From Phoronis australis (taxonomy: Eukaryota > Animalia > Phoronida), in assembly GCA_002633005.1 (NCBI GenBank), contig NMRA01000043.1, forward strand, positions 961,588-1,025,587: 64,000 nucleotides of DNA, in the 5' to 3' direction. The translations under genes and the position numbers were made by a program. Below, piece after piece: positions 63,550 through 64,000 of the stretch. The notes beneath the pieces are model-generated. The model had not been told where the DNA came from. It searched no databases and was given only the letters and a program-made list of their open reading frames with translations. The stretch's first letter is position 1; the number at the start of each line of letters is the position of its first letter.

Positions 63550-63900
63550 ACAATGACCACAGGGCTAGCACTTGATGTGACAACACAACAGCTAAAAAAT
63601 AGATGCTGGGCTGGACTGCACCGAAGGCACACTGGCCAACCCCACTATGTGGACTTGAACCTGGTATGATTTGCACCACCAGAGGGTGCTCATAAACACC
63701 AAGAGTGAAGTGTGCAGTTTGAAACTGAATATATGTTGTAAATAAGACTTAGGACTTTTTAAAACTTTTATTCCATGTTCCAGCATGGGATGGTTTTATC
63801 AAAACTACAAAAAGACAGTTTACATTATTTCCGTTACACAAAGGAAAAGAATATATTGACTGAATTCACCTTTACAACTACACAATGACTACAGCCAAGT
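63550..63900 (+). repeat. Diverged copy of the PLRG1 3' UTR and downstream region (~52925-53270)
   Basis: Colinear matching blocks: AGCACTTGAT.TGAC, ATGCTGGGCT, GACTTGA.CCTGGT.TGATT..ACCACCAGAGGG.GC, TTTTATTCC...CCAGCATGGGATGG.TTTATCAAA, ACAAAGGAAA.GAATATA, CAACTACACA. Confidence 0.8.
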
Positions 63901-64000
63901 GAAAAACATTAGAAACCTTATCAAATCATAAAATGTGTTAAAGGGTATTTGTGGGACTTATATAACTAAGAAAGGTATTTTGCCGAATGATAGTTGCTTT

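Overview
Eukaryotic, AT-rich, intron-rich animal genomic DNA (invertebrate-like; species cannot be fixed from sequence alone) from a draft assembly with one N-gap and single-N joins. I spliced four complete multi-exon genes by hand: PGM2/PGM2L1-family phosphoglucomutase/phosphopentomutase (+, 761-22645, 18 exons, ~598 aa); MCMDC2 (-, 24525-38894, 19 exons, ~688 aa, four exons present twice across a single-N join); PLRG1/Prp46 (+, 39076-52922, 13 exons, ~479 aa, head-to-head with MCMDC2); and a PCED1/FAM113 SGNH-type esterase (+, 56355-59563, 4 exons, ~294 aa). Introns hold many minisatellites and mobile elements: a solo LTR, Kolobok-, hAT-, Tc/pogo-, Harbinger- and piggyBac-type elements, a Penelope-like fragment and tRNA-derived repeats. 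The most unusual signals are a solo LTR with a cluster of heat-shock elements in its inferred U3, a TA-flanked TIR element carrying a decayed HIRAN-like gene, an inverted pair of tRNA(GGC)-like units, a compact MCMDC2/PLRG1 bidirectional promoter with a start-codon-skipping donor, local duplications of exon ends that create decoy splice sites, and a diverged copy of the PLRG1 3' UTR among CTCF-like motifs. All family assignments come from motif recognition; no database search was run.
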